This document shows, one piece after another, positions 53,101-64,000 of a DNA stretch of 64,000 nt (position 1 is its first letter; each line of letters begins with the position of its first letter). The notes under the pieces are model-generated. The model did no database searches and was not told where the DNA came from. It worked only from the letters and a program-made list of their open reading frames with translations. The stretch covers positions 1 through 64,000 of the forward strand of contig CAXHJY010001273.1 of assembly GCA_964016885.1 (NCBI GenBank). The letters are read 5' to 3'. The position numbers and the translations under genes are program-made. Origin of the DNA: Eledone cirrhosa. Lineage: Eukaryota.

Positions 53101-56100
53101 GTTGGTGTTAGTGGTGACAGTGGTGGTGTTGGTGTTAGTGGTGACAGTGGTTGTGTTGGTGTTAGTGGTGACAGTGGTGGTGTTGGTGTTAGTGTTGACA
53201 GTGGTGGTGTTGGTGTTAGTGGTGACAGTGGTGGTGTTGGTGTTAGTGTTGGCAGTGGTGGTGGTGGTGTTAGTGGTGACAGTGGTGGTGTTGGTGGCAG
53301 TGGTGACAGTGGTGGTGTTGGTGGCAGTGGTGACAGTGGTGGTGGTGGTGTTAGTGGTGACAGTGGTGGTGTTGGTGGCAGTGGTGACAGTGGTGGTGTT
53401 GGTGGCAGTGGTGACAGTGGTGGTGTTGGTGTTAGTGGTGACAGTGGTGGTGTTGGTGGCAGTGGTGACAGTGGTGGTGTTGGTGTTAGTGGTGACAGTG
53501 GTGGTTTTGGTGGCAGTGGTGACAGTGGTGCTGGTGGTGTTAGTGGTGACAGTGGTGGTGTTGGTGTTAGTGGTGACAGTGGTGGTGTTGGAGTTAGTGG
53601 TGGCAGTGGTGGTGTTGGTGTTAGTGGTGACAGTGGTGGTGTTGGTGGCAGTGGTGGCAGTGGTGGTGTTGGTGTTAGTGGTGACAGTGGTGGTGTTGGT
53701 GTTAGTGGTGACAGTGGTGGTGTTGGTGTTAGTGGTGACAGTGGTGGTGGTGGTGTTAGTGGTGACAGTGGTGGTGTTGGTGTTAGTGGTGGCAGTGGTG
53801 GTGTTGGTGTTAGTGGTGACAGTGGTGGTGTTGGTGTTAGTGGTGGCAGTGGTGGTGTTGGTGTTAGTGGTGACAGTGGTGGTGTTGGTGGCAGTGGTGA
53901 CAGTGGTGGTGTTGGTGGCAGTGGTGGCAGTGGTGGTGTTGGTGTAAGTGGTGACAGTGGTGGTGTTGGTGTTAGTGGTGATAGTGGTGGTGTTGGTTGC
54001 AGTGGTGGCAGTGGTGGTGTTGGTGTTAGAGGTGACAGTGGTGGTGTTGGTGACAGTGGTGGTGTTGGTGTTAGTGGTGTTGGTGTTAGTGGTGTTAGTG
54101 GTGGTGTTGGTGTCAGTGGTGACAGTGGTGGTGTTGGTGTTAGTGGTGACAGTGGTGGTGTTGGTGTTAGTGGTGGCAGTGGTGGTGTTGGTGTTAGTGG
54201 TGACAGTGGTGGTGGTGGTGTTAGTGGTGACAGTGGTGGTGGTGGTGGTGTTAGTGGTGACAGTGGTGGTGTTGGTGTTAGTGGTGACAGTGGTGGTGTT
54301 GGTGGCAGTGGTGACAGTGGTGGTGTTGGTGGCAGTGGTGACAGTGGTGGTGTTGGTGGCAGTGGTGGCAGTGGTAGTGTTGGTGTTAGTGGTGGCAGTG
54401 GTGGTGTTGGTGTTAGTGGTGACAGTGGTGGTGTTGGTGTCAGTGGTGACAGTGGTGGTGTTGGTGTTAGTGGTGGCAGTGGTGGTGTTGGTGTTAGTGG
54501 TGGCAGTGGTGGTGTTGGTGTTAGTGGTGGCAGTGGTGGTGTTGGTGTTAGTGGTGACAGTGGTGGTGTTGGTGGCAGTGGTGACAGTGGTGGTGTTGGT
54601 GTTAGTGCTGGCAGTGGTGGTGTTGGTGTTAGTGGTGGCAGTGGTGGTGTTGGTGTTAGTGGTGGTGTTGGTGTTAGTGGTGGCAGTGGTGGTATGGTGT
54701 TAGTGGTGGCAGTGGTGGTGTTGGTGTTAGTGGTGACAGTGGTGGTGTTGGTGTTAGTGGTGGCAGTGGTGGTGTTGGTGTTAGTGGTGGCAGTGGTGGT
54801 GTTGGTGTTAGTGGTGGCAGTGGTGGTATGGTGTTATTGGTGGCAGTGGTGGTGTTGGTGTTAGTGGTGACAGTGGTGGTGTTGGTGTTAGTGGTGACAG
54901 TGGTGGTGTTGGTGGCAGTGGTGACAGTGGTGGTGTTGGTGGCAGTGGTGACAGTGGTGCTGGTGGTGTTAGTGTGACAGTGGTGGCGTTGGTGGCAGTG
55001 GTGGCAGTGGTGGTGTTGGTGGCAGTGGTGACAGTGGTGCTGGTGGTGTTAGTGGTGACAGTGGTGGTGTTGGTGTTAGTGGTGACAGTGGTGGTGTTGG
55101 TGTTAGTGGTGGCAGTGGTGGTGTTGGTGGCAGTGATGACAGTGGTGGTGTTGGTGTTAGTGGTGACAGTGGTGGTGGTGGTGTTAGTGGTGACAGTGGT
55201 GGTGTTGGTGTTAGTGGTGACAGTGGGGGTGTTGGTGTTAGTGGTGACAGTGGTGGTGTTGGTGTTAGTGGTGACAGTGGTGGTGTTGGTGTTAGTGGTG
55301 ACAGTGGTGGTGTTGGTGTTAGTGTTGACAGTGGTGGTGTTGGTGTTAGTGGTGACAGTGGTGGTGTTGGTGTTAGTGTTGGCAGTGGTGGTGGTGGTGT
55401 TAGTGGTGACAGTGGTGGTGTTGGTGGCAGTGGTGACAGTGGTGGTGTTGGTGGCAGTGGTGACAGTGGTGCTGGTGGTGTTAGTGGTGACAGTGGTGGT
55501 GTTGGTGGCAGTGGTGACAGTGGTGGTGTTGGTGGCAGTGGTGACAGTGGTGGTGTTGGTGTTAGTGGTGACAGTGGTGGTGTTGGTGGCAGTGGTGACA
55601 GTGGTGGTGTTGGTGTTAGTGGTGACAGTGGTGGTTTTGGTGGCAGTGGTGACAGTGGTGCTGGTGGTGTTAGTGGTGACAGTGGTGGTGTTGGTGTTAG
55701 TGGTGACAGTGGTGCTGTTGGAGTTAGTGGTGGCAGTGGTGGTGTTGGTGTTAGTGGTGACAGTGGTGGTGTTGGTGGCAGTGGTGGCAGTGGTGGTGTT
55801 GGTGTTAGTGCTGGCAGTGGTGGTGTTGGTGTTAGTGGTGGCAGTGGTGGTGTTGGTGTTAGTGGTGGTGTTGGTGTTAGTGGTTGTGTTGGTGTTAGTG
55901 GTGGCAGTGGTGGTATGGTGTTAGTGGTGGCATTCGTGGTGTTGGTGTTAGTGGTGACAGTGGTGGTGTTGGTGTTAGTGGTGGCAGTGGTGGTGTTGGT
56001 GTTAGTGGTGGCAGTGGTGGTGTTGGTGTTAGTGGTGGCATTGGTGGTATGGTGTTATTGGTGGCAGTGGTGGTGTTGGTGTTAGTGGTGACAGTGGTGG

Positions 56101-59100
56101 TGTTGGTGTTAGTGGTGACAGTGGTGGTGTTGGTGGCAGTGGTGACAGTGGTGCTGGTGGTGTTAGTGGTGACAGTGGTGGTGTTGGTGGCAGTGGTGGC
56201 AGTGGTGGTGTTGGTGGCAGTGGTGACAGTGGTGCTGGTGGTGTTAGTGGTGACAGTGGTGGTGTTGGTGTTAGTGGTGACAGTGGTGGTGTTGGTGTTA
56301 GTGGTGGCAGTGGTGGTGTTGGTGGCAGTGATGACAGTGGTGGTGTTGGTGTTAGTGGTGACAGTGGTGGTGGTGGTGTTAGTGGTGACAGTGGTGGTGT
56401 TGGTGTTAGTGGTGACAGTGGTGGTGTTGGTGTTAGTGGTGACAGTGGTGGTGTTGGTGTTAGTGGTGACAGTGGTGGTGTTGGTGTTAGTGGTGACAGT
56501 GGTGGTGTTGGTGTTAGTGTTGACAGTGGTGGTGTTGGTGTTAGTGGTGACAGTGGTGGTGTTGGTGTTAGTGTTGGCAGTGGTGGTGGTGGTGTTAGTG
56601 GTGACAGTGGTGGTGTTGGTGGCAGTGGTGACAGTGGTGGTGTTGGTGGCAGTGGTGACAGTGGTGCTGGTGGTGTTAGTGGTGACAGTGGTGGTGTTGG
56701 TGGCAGTGGTGACAGTGGTGGTGTTGGTGGCAGTGGTGACAGTGGTGGTGTTGGTGTTAGTGGTGACAGTGGTGGTGTTGGTGGCAGTGGTGACAGTGGT
56801 GGTGTTGGTGTTAGTGGTGACAGTGGTGGTTTTGGTGGCAGTGGTGACAGTGGTGCTGGTGGTGTTAGTGGTGACAGTGGTGGTGTTGGTGTTAGTGGTG
56901 ACAGTGGTGGTGTTGGAGTTAGTGGTGGCAGTGGTGGTGTTGGTGTTAGTGGTGACAGTGGTGGTGTTGGTGGCAGTGGTGGCAGTGGTGGTGTTGGTGT
57001 TAGTGGTGACAGTGGTGGTGTTGGTGTTAGTGGTGACAGTGGTGGTGTTGGTGTTAGTGGTGACAGTGGTGGTGGTGGTGTTAGTGGTGACAGTGGTGGT
57101 GTTGGTGTTAGTGGTGGCAGTGGTGGTGTTGGTGTTAGTGGTGACAGTGGTGGTGTTGGTGTTAGTGGTGGCAGTGGTGGTGTTGGTGTTAGTGGTGACA
57201 GTGGTGGTGTTGGTGGCAGTGGTGACAGTGGTGGTGTTGGTGGCAGTGGTGGCAGTGGTGGTGTTGGTGTTAGTGGTGACAGTGGTGGTGTTGGTGTTAG
57301 TGGTGATAGTGGTGGTGTTGGTGGCAGTGGTGGCAGTGGTGGTGTTGGTGTTAGTGGTGACAGTGGTGGTGTTGGTGACAGTGGTGGTGTTGGTGTTAGT
57401 GGTGTTAGTGGTGGTGTTGGTGTCAGTGGTGACAGTGGTGGTGTTGGTGGCAGTGGTGGCAGTGGTGGTGTTGGTGTTAGTGGTGATAGTGGTGGTGTTG
57501 GTGGCAGTGGTGATAGTGGTGGTGTTGGTGGCAGTGGTGACAGTGGTGGTGTTGGTGTTAGTGGTGACAGTGGTGGTGTTGGTGGCAGTGGTGATAGTGG
57601 TGGTGTTGGTGGCAGTGATGGCAGTGGTGGTGTTGGTGTTAGTGGTGACAGTGGTGGTGTTGGTGTCAGTGGTGGCAGTGGTGGTGTTGGTGTTAGTGGT
57701 GACAGTGGTGACAGTGGTGACAGTGGTGGTGTTGGTGGCAGTGGTGGCGGTGGTGGTGTTGGTGTTAGTGGTGACAGTGGTGGTGTTGGTGGCAGTGGTG
57801 GCAGTGGTGGTGTTGGTGGCAGTGGTGGCAGTGGTGGTGTTGGTGGCAGTGGTGACAGTGGTAGTGTTGGTGCTAGTGGTGACAGTGGTGGTGTTGGTGT
57901 TACTGGTGACAGTGGTGGTGTTGGTGGCAGTGGTGACAGTGGTGGTGTTGGTGTTAGTGGTGACAGTGGTGGTGTTGGTGGCAGTGGTGGCAGTGGTGGT
58001 GTTGGTGGCAGTGGTGACAGTGGTGGTGTTGGTGGCAGTGGTGACAGTTGTGGTGTTGGTGTTAGTGGTGACAGTGGTGGTGTTGGTGGCAGTGGTGGCA
58101 GTGGTGGTGTTGGTGGCAGTGGTGACTGTGGTGGCGTTGGTGTTAGTGGTGACAGTGGTGGTGTTGGTGGCAGTGGTGACAGTGGTGGTGTTGGTGTTAG
58201 TGGTGACAGTGGTGGTGTTGGAGTTAGTGGTGACAGTGGTGGTGTTGGTGGCAGTGGTGGCAGTGGTGGTGTTGGTGGCAGTGGTGACAGTGGTGGTGTT
58301 GGTGGCAGTGGTGACAGTGGTGGTGTTGGTGTTAGTGGTGACGGTGTTGGTGTTAGTGGTGACAGTGGTGGTGTTGGTGTTAGTGGTGACAGTGGTGGTG
58401 TTGGTGTTAGTGGTGACAGTGGTGGTGTTGGTGGCAGTGGTGACAGTGGTGGTGTTGGTGTTAGTGGTGACAGTGGTGGTGTTGGTGTTAGTGGTGGCAG
58501 TGGTGGTGTTGGTGTTAGTGGTGACAGTGGTGGTGTTGGTGTTAGTGGTGACAGTGGTGGTGTTGGTGGCAGTGGTGACAGTGGTGGTGTTGGTGGCAGT
58601 GGTGACAGTGGTGGTGTTGGTGTTAGTGGTGACAGTGGTGGTGTTGGTGTTAGTGGTGACAGTGGTGGTGTTAGTGGCAGTGGTGGCAGTGGTGGTGTTG
58701 GTGTTAGTGGTGACAGTGGTAGTGTTAGTGTTAGAGGTGACAGTGGTGGTGTTGGTGTTAGTGGTGACAGTGGTGGTGTTGGTGGCAGTGGTGACAGTGG
58801 TGGTGTTGGTGTTAGTGGTGACAGTGGTGGTGTTGGTGTCAGTGGTGACAGTGGTGGTGTTGGTGTTAGTGGTGACAGTGGTTGTGTTGGTGGCAGTGGT
58901 GGCAGTGGTGGTGTTGGTGTTAGTGGTGACAGTGGTGGTGTTGGTGTTAGTGGTGACAGTGGTGGTATTGGTGTTAGTGGTGACAGTGGTGGTGTTGGTG
59001 TTAGTGGTGACAGTGGTGGTGTTGGTGGCAGTGGTGATAGTGGTGGTGTTGGTGGCAGTGGTGACAGTGGTGGTGTTGGTGTTAGTGGTGACAGTGGTGG

Positions 59101-62100
59101 TGTTGGTGGCAGTGGTGGCAGTGGTGGTGTTGGTGTTAGTGGTGACAGTGGTGGTGTTGGTGTTAGTGGTGACAGTGGTGGTGGTGGTGGTGGTGTTAGT
59201 GGTGACAGTGGTGGTGTTGGTGTTAGTGGTGACAGTGGTGGTGTTGGTGTTAGTGGTGACAGTGGTGGTGTTGGTGTTAGTGGTGACAGTGGTGGTGTTG
59301 GTGTTAGTGGTGACAGTGGTGGTGTTGGTGTTAGTGGTGACAGTGGTGGTGTTGGTGGCAGTGGTGACAGTGGTGGTGTTGGTGTTAGTGGTGACAGTGG
59401 TGGTGTTGGTGGCAGTGGTGACAGTGGTGGTGTTGGTGGCAGTGGTGACAGTGGTGGTGTTGGTGTTAGTGGTGACAGTGGTGGTGTTGGTGTCAGTGGT
59501 GACAGTGGTGGTGTTGGTGGCAGTGGTGACAGTGGTGGTGTTGGTGTTAGTAGTGACAGTGGTGGTGTTGGTGGCAGTGGTGACAGTGGTGGTGTTGGTG
59601 TTAGTGGTGACAGTGGTGGTTTTGGTGGCAGTGGTGACAGTGGTGCTGGTGGTGTTAGTGGTGACAGTGGTGGTGTTGGTGTTAGTGGTGACAGTGGTGG
59701 TGTTGGTGTTAGTGGTGACAGTGGTTGTGTTGGTGTTAGTGGTGGCAGTGGTGGTGTTGGTGTTAGTGGTGACAGTGGTGGTGTTGGTGGCAGTGGTGGC
59801 AGTGGTGGTGTTGGTGTTAGTGGTGACAGTGGTGGTGTTGGTGTTAGTGGTGACAGTGGTGGTGTTGGTGTTAGTGGTGACAGTGGTGGTGGTGGTGTTA
59901 GTGGTGACAGTGGTGGTGTTGGTGTTAGTGGTGGCAGTGGTGGTGTTGGTGTTAGTGGTGACAGTGGTGGTGTTGGTGTTAGTGGTGGCAGTGGTGGTGT
60001 TGGTGTTAGTGGTGACAGTGGTGGTGTTGGTGGCAGTGGTGACAGTGGTGGTGTTGGTGGCAGTGGTGGCAGTGGTGGTGTTGGTGTTAGTGGTGACAGT
60101 GGTGGTGTTGGTGTTAGTGGTGATAGTGGTGGTGTTGGTGGCAGTGGTGGCAGTGGTGGTGTTGGTGTTAGTGGTGACAGTGGTGGTGTTGGTGGCAGTG
60201 GTGACAGTGGTGGTGTTGGTGTTAGTGGTGGCAGTGGTGGTGTTGGTGGCAGTGGTGACAGTGGTGGTGTTGGTGGCAGTGGTGGCAGTGGTGGTGTTGG
60301 TGTTACTGGTGACAGTGGTGGTGTTGGTGTTAGTGGTGATAGTGGTGGTGTTGGTGGCAGTGGTGGCAGTGGTGGTGTTGGTGTTAGTGGTGACAGTGGT
60401 GGTGTTGGTGTTAGTGGTGACAGTGGTGGTGTTGGTGGCAATGGTGACAGTGGTGGTGTTGGTGTTAGTGGTGACAGTGGTGGTGTTGGTGGCAGTGGTG
60501 ACAGTGGTGGTGTTGGTGTTAGTGGTGACAGTGGTGGTGTTGGTGGCAGTGGTGACAGTGGTGGTGTTGGTGTTAGTGGTGACAGTGGTGGTGTTGGTGG
60601 CAGTGGTGACAGTGGTGGTGTTGGTGTTAGTGGTGACAGTGGTGGTGTTGGTGGCAGTGGTGACAGTGGTGGTGTTGGTGTTAGTGGTGACAGTGGTGGT
60701 GTTGGTGTTAGTGGTGGCAGTGGTGGTGTTGGTGTTAGTGGTGACAGTGGTGACAGTGGTGGTGTTGGTGGCAGTGGTGGCGGTGGTGGTGTTGGTGTTA
60801 GTGGTGACAGTGGTGGTGTTGGTGGCAGTGGTGGCAGTGGTGGTGTTGGTGGCAGTGGTGGCAGTGGTGGTGTTGGTGGCAGTGGTGACAGTGGTAGTGT
60901 TGGTGCTAGTGGTGACAGTGGTGGTGTTGGTGTTACTGGTGACAGTGGTGGTGTTGGTGGCAGTGGTGACAGTGGTGGTTTTGGTGTTAGTGGTGACAGA
61001 GGTGGTGTTGGTGGCAGTGGTGGCAGTGGTGGTGTTGGTGGCAGTGGTGACAGTGGTGGTGTTGGTGGCAGTGGTGACAGTGGTGGTGTTGGTGTTAGTG
61101 GTGACAGTGGTGGTGTTGGTGGCAGTGGTGGCAGTGGTGGTGTTGGTGGCAGTGGTGACTGTGGTGGCGTTGGTGTTAGTGGTGACAGTGGTGGTGTTGG
61201 TGGCAGTGGTGACAGTGGTTGTGTTGGTGTTAGTGGTGACAGTGGTGGTGTTGGAGTTAGTGGTGACAGTGGTGGTGTTGGTGTTAGTGTTGACAGTGGT
61301 GGTGTTGGTGGCAGTGGTGACAGTGGTGGTGTTGGTGGCAGTGGTGACAGTGGTGGTGTTGGTGTTAGTGGTGACGGTGTTGGTGTTAGTGGTGACAGTG
61401 GTGGTGTTGGTGTTAGTGGTGACAGTGGTGGTGTTGGTGTTAGTGCTGACAGTGGTGGTGTTGGTGGCAGTGGTGACAGTGGTGACAGTGGTGGTGTTGG
61501 TGTTAGTGGTGACAGTGGTGGTGTTGGTGTTAGTGGTGGCAGTGGTGGTGTTGGTGTTAGTGGTGACAGTGGTGGTATTGGTGTTAGTGGTGACAGTGGT
61601 GGTGTTGGTGGCAGTGGTGACAGTGGTGGTGTTGGTGTCAGTGGTGATAGTGGTGGTGTTGGTGGAAGTGGTGACAGTGGTGGTGTTGGTGTTAGTGGTG
61701 ACAGTGGTGGTGTTGGTGGCAGTGGTGGCAGTGGTGGTGTTGGTGTTAGTGGTGACAGTGGTGGTGTTGGTGTTAGTGGTGGCAGTGGTGGTGTTGGTGT
61801 TAGTGGTGGCAGTGGTGGTGTTGGTGTTAGTGGTGACAGTGGTGGTGTTGCTGTTAGTGGTGACAGTGGTGGTGTTGGTGGCAGTGGTGATAGTGGTGGT
61901 GTTGGTGGCAGTGGTGGCAGTGGTGGTGTTGGTGTTAGTGGTGACAGTGGTGGTGTTGGTGGCAGTGGTGACAGTGGTGGTGTTGGTGTTAGTGGTGACA
62001 GTGGTGGTGTTGGTGGCATTGGTGACAGTGGTGGTGTTGGTGTTAGTGGTGACAGTGGTGGTGTTGGTGTTAGTGGTGACAGTGGTGGTGTTGGTGGCAG

Positions 62101-64000
62101 TGGTGACAGTGGTGGTGTTGGTGTTAGTGGTGACAGTGGTGGTGTTGGTGTTAGTGGTGACAGTGGTGGTGTTGGTGTTAGTGGTGGCAGTGGTGGTGTT
62201 GGTGTTAGCGGTGACAGTGGTGGTGTTGGTGTTAGTGGTGGCAGTGGTGGTGTTGGTGTTAGTGGTGACAGTGGTGGTGTTGGTGTTAGTGGTGACAGTG
62301 GTGGTGTTGGTGGCAGTGGTGATAGTGGTGGTGTTGGTGGCAGTGGTGGCAGTGGTGGTGTTGGTGTTAGTGGTGACAGTGGTGGTGTTGGTGGCAGTGG
62401 TGACAGTGGTGGTGTTGGTGGCAGTGTTGGCAGTGGTGGTGTTGGTGTTAGTGGTGGCAGTGATGGTGTTGGTGTTAGTGGTGGCAGTGGTGGTGTTGGT
62501 GTTAGTGGTGACAGTGGTGGTGTTGGTGTTAGTGGTGGCAGTGGTGGTATTGGTGTTAGTGGTGGCAGTGGTGGTGTTGGTGTTAGTGGTGGCAGTGGTG
62601 GTGTTGGTGTTAGTGGTGGCAGTGGTGGTGTTGGTGTTAGTGGTGACGGTGGTGGTGTTGGTGTTAGTGGTGACAGTGGTGGTGTTGGGGGCAATGGTGG
62701 CAGTGGTGGTGTTGCTGTTAGTGGTGGTGTTGGTGTCAGTGGTGACAGTGGTGGTGTTGTTGTTAGTGGTGGCAGTGGTGGTGTTGGTGTTAGTGGTGAC
62801 AGTGGTGGTGTTGGTGTTAGTGCTGGCAGTGGTGGTGGTGGTGTTAGTGGTGGCAGTGGTGGTGTTGGTGTTAGTGGTGGCAGTGGTGGTGTTGGTGTCA
62901 GTGGTGACAGTGGTGGTGTTGGTGGCAGTGGTGGCAGTGGTGGTGTTGCTGGCAGTGGTGACAGTGGTGGTGTTGGTGTTAGTGGTGGCAGTGGTGGTGT
63001 TGGTGGCAGTGGTGGCAGTGGTGGTGTTGGTGTTAGTGGTGGTGTTGGTGTTAGTGGTGGCAGTGGTGGTATGGTGTTAGTGGTGGCAGTGGTGGTGTCG
63101 GTGTTAGTGGTGACAGTGGTGGTGTTGGTGGCAGTGGTGACAGTGGTGGTGTTGGTGTTAGTGGTGACAGTGGTGGTGTTGGTGTTAGTGGTGGTGTTGG
63201 TGTTAGTGGTGGCAGTGGTGGTATGGTGTTAGTGGTGGCAGTGGTGGTGTTGGTGTTAGTGGTGACAGTGGTGGTGTTGGTGTTAGTGGTGGCAGTGGTG
63301 GTGTTGGTGTTAGTGGTAGTGTTGGTGTTAGTGGTGGTATGGTGTTATTGGTGGCAGTGGTGGTGTTGGTGTTAGTGGTGACAGTGGTGGTGTTGGTGTT
63401 AGTGGTGACAGTGGTGGTGTTGGTGGCAGTGGTGACAGTGGTGGTGTTGGTGTTAGTGGTGACAGTGGTGGTGTTGGTGTTAGTGGTGACAGTGGTGGTG
63501 TTGGTGTTAGTGGTGACAGTGGTGGTGTTGGTGGCAGTGGTGACAGTGGTGGTGTTGGTGTTAGTGGTGACAGTGGTGGTGGTGGTGTTAGTGGTGACAG
63601 TGGTGGTGGTGGTGTTAGTGGTGACAGTGGTGGTGTTGGTGTTAGTGGTGGCAGTGGTGGTGTTGGTGTTAGTGGTGACAGTGGTGGTGTTGGTGTTAGT
63701 GGTGGCAGTGGTGGTGTTGGTGTTAGTGGTGACAGTGGTGGTGTTGGTGGCAGTGGTGACAGTGGTGGTGTTGGTGGTAGTGGTGGCAGTGGTGGTGTTG
63801 GTGTTAGTGGTGACAGTGGTGGTGTTGGTGTTAGTGGTGATAGTGGTGGTGTTGGTGGCAGTGGTGGCAGTGGTGGTGTTGGTGTTAGTGGTGACAGTGG
63901 TGGTGTTGGTGGCAGTGGTGACAGTGGTGGTGTTGGTGTTAGTGGTGGCAGTGGTGGTGTTGGTGGCAGTGGTGGTGTTGGTGTTAGTGGTGGTGTTGGT
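41161..64000. repeat. Giant GT-rich satellite, 27-bp consensus ttggtg(tta/gca)gtggtg(aca/gca)gtggtggtg, with kb-scale higher-order duplications
   Basis: Continuous to the window end; 9-codon periodicity in the ORF track (LVLVVTVVV / PPLSPLTPT); identical blocks at offset 1352. Confidence 0.97.

Noticed and set aside
56029-63080. 2221-aa Pro-rich and 2343-aa Val-rich ORFs as real proteins (extensin- or mucin-like)
   Set aside because: They are by-products of a stop-poor 27-bp repeat; several frames are open at once, there are recurrent frameshift variants elsewhere in the array, and no signal peptide or flanking domain is visible

Overview
Repeat-dominated eukaryotic (animal) DNA with no recognisable host gene. 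The tRNA/Deu-domain SINEs and microsatellite load suggest a mollusc, most likely an octopod cephalopod (inference). Contents: (1) an apparently intact Penelope-like retroelement of Naiad type (RT + C-terminal GIY-YIG) at 1-3817, with near-identical direct terminal repeats, each carrying a variant type I hammerhead ribozyme (U3-A8 core), ending in (TA)n; (2) two diverged full-length Tx1/L1-clade non-LTR retrotransposons (4427-10206, 32141-37845) plus a truncated third copy, all inserted in (TATC)n in the same orientation; (3) a 38/63-bp satellite (11060-14735); (4) scattered SINEs, MITEs, LINE relics and several further hammerhead-bearing pLTR relics, including a palindrome with two inverted hammerheads; (5) a >22 kb strand-asymmetric 27-bp GT-rich satellite running to the window end. 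The most unusual signal is a ~0.8 kb array of about 17 (TA)n-AACGA units (16328-17110) that reiterate the terminal nucleotides of the Penelope-like element and run directly into a short copy of its 3' end, as expected from telomerase-like reiterative copying by the element's RT. All structures were read by eye; no database searches or folding programs were run.
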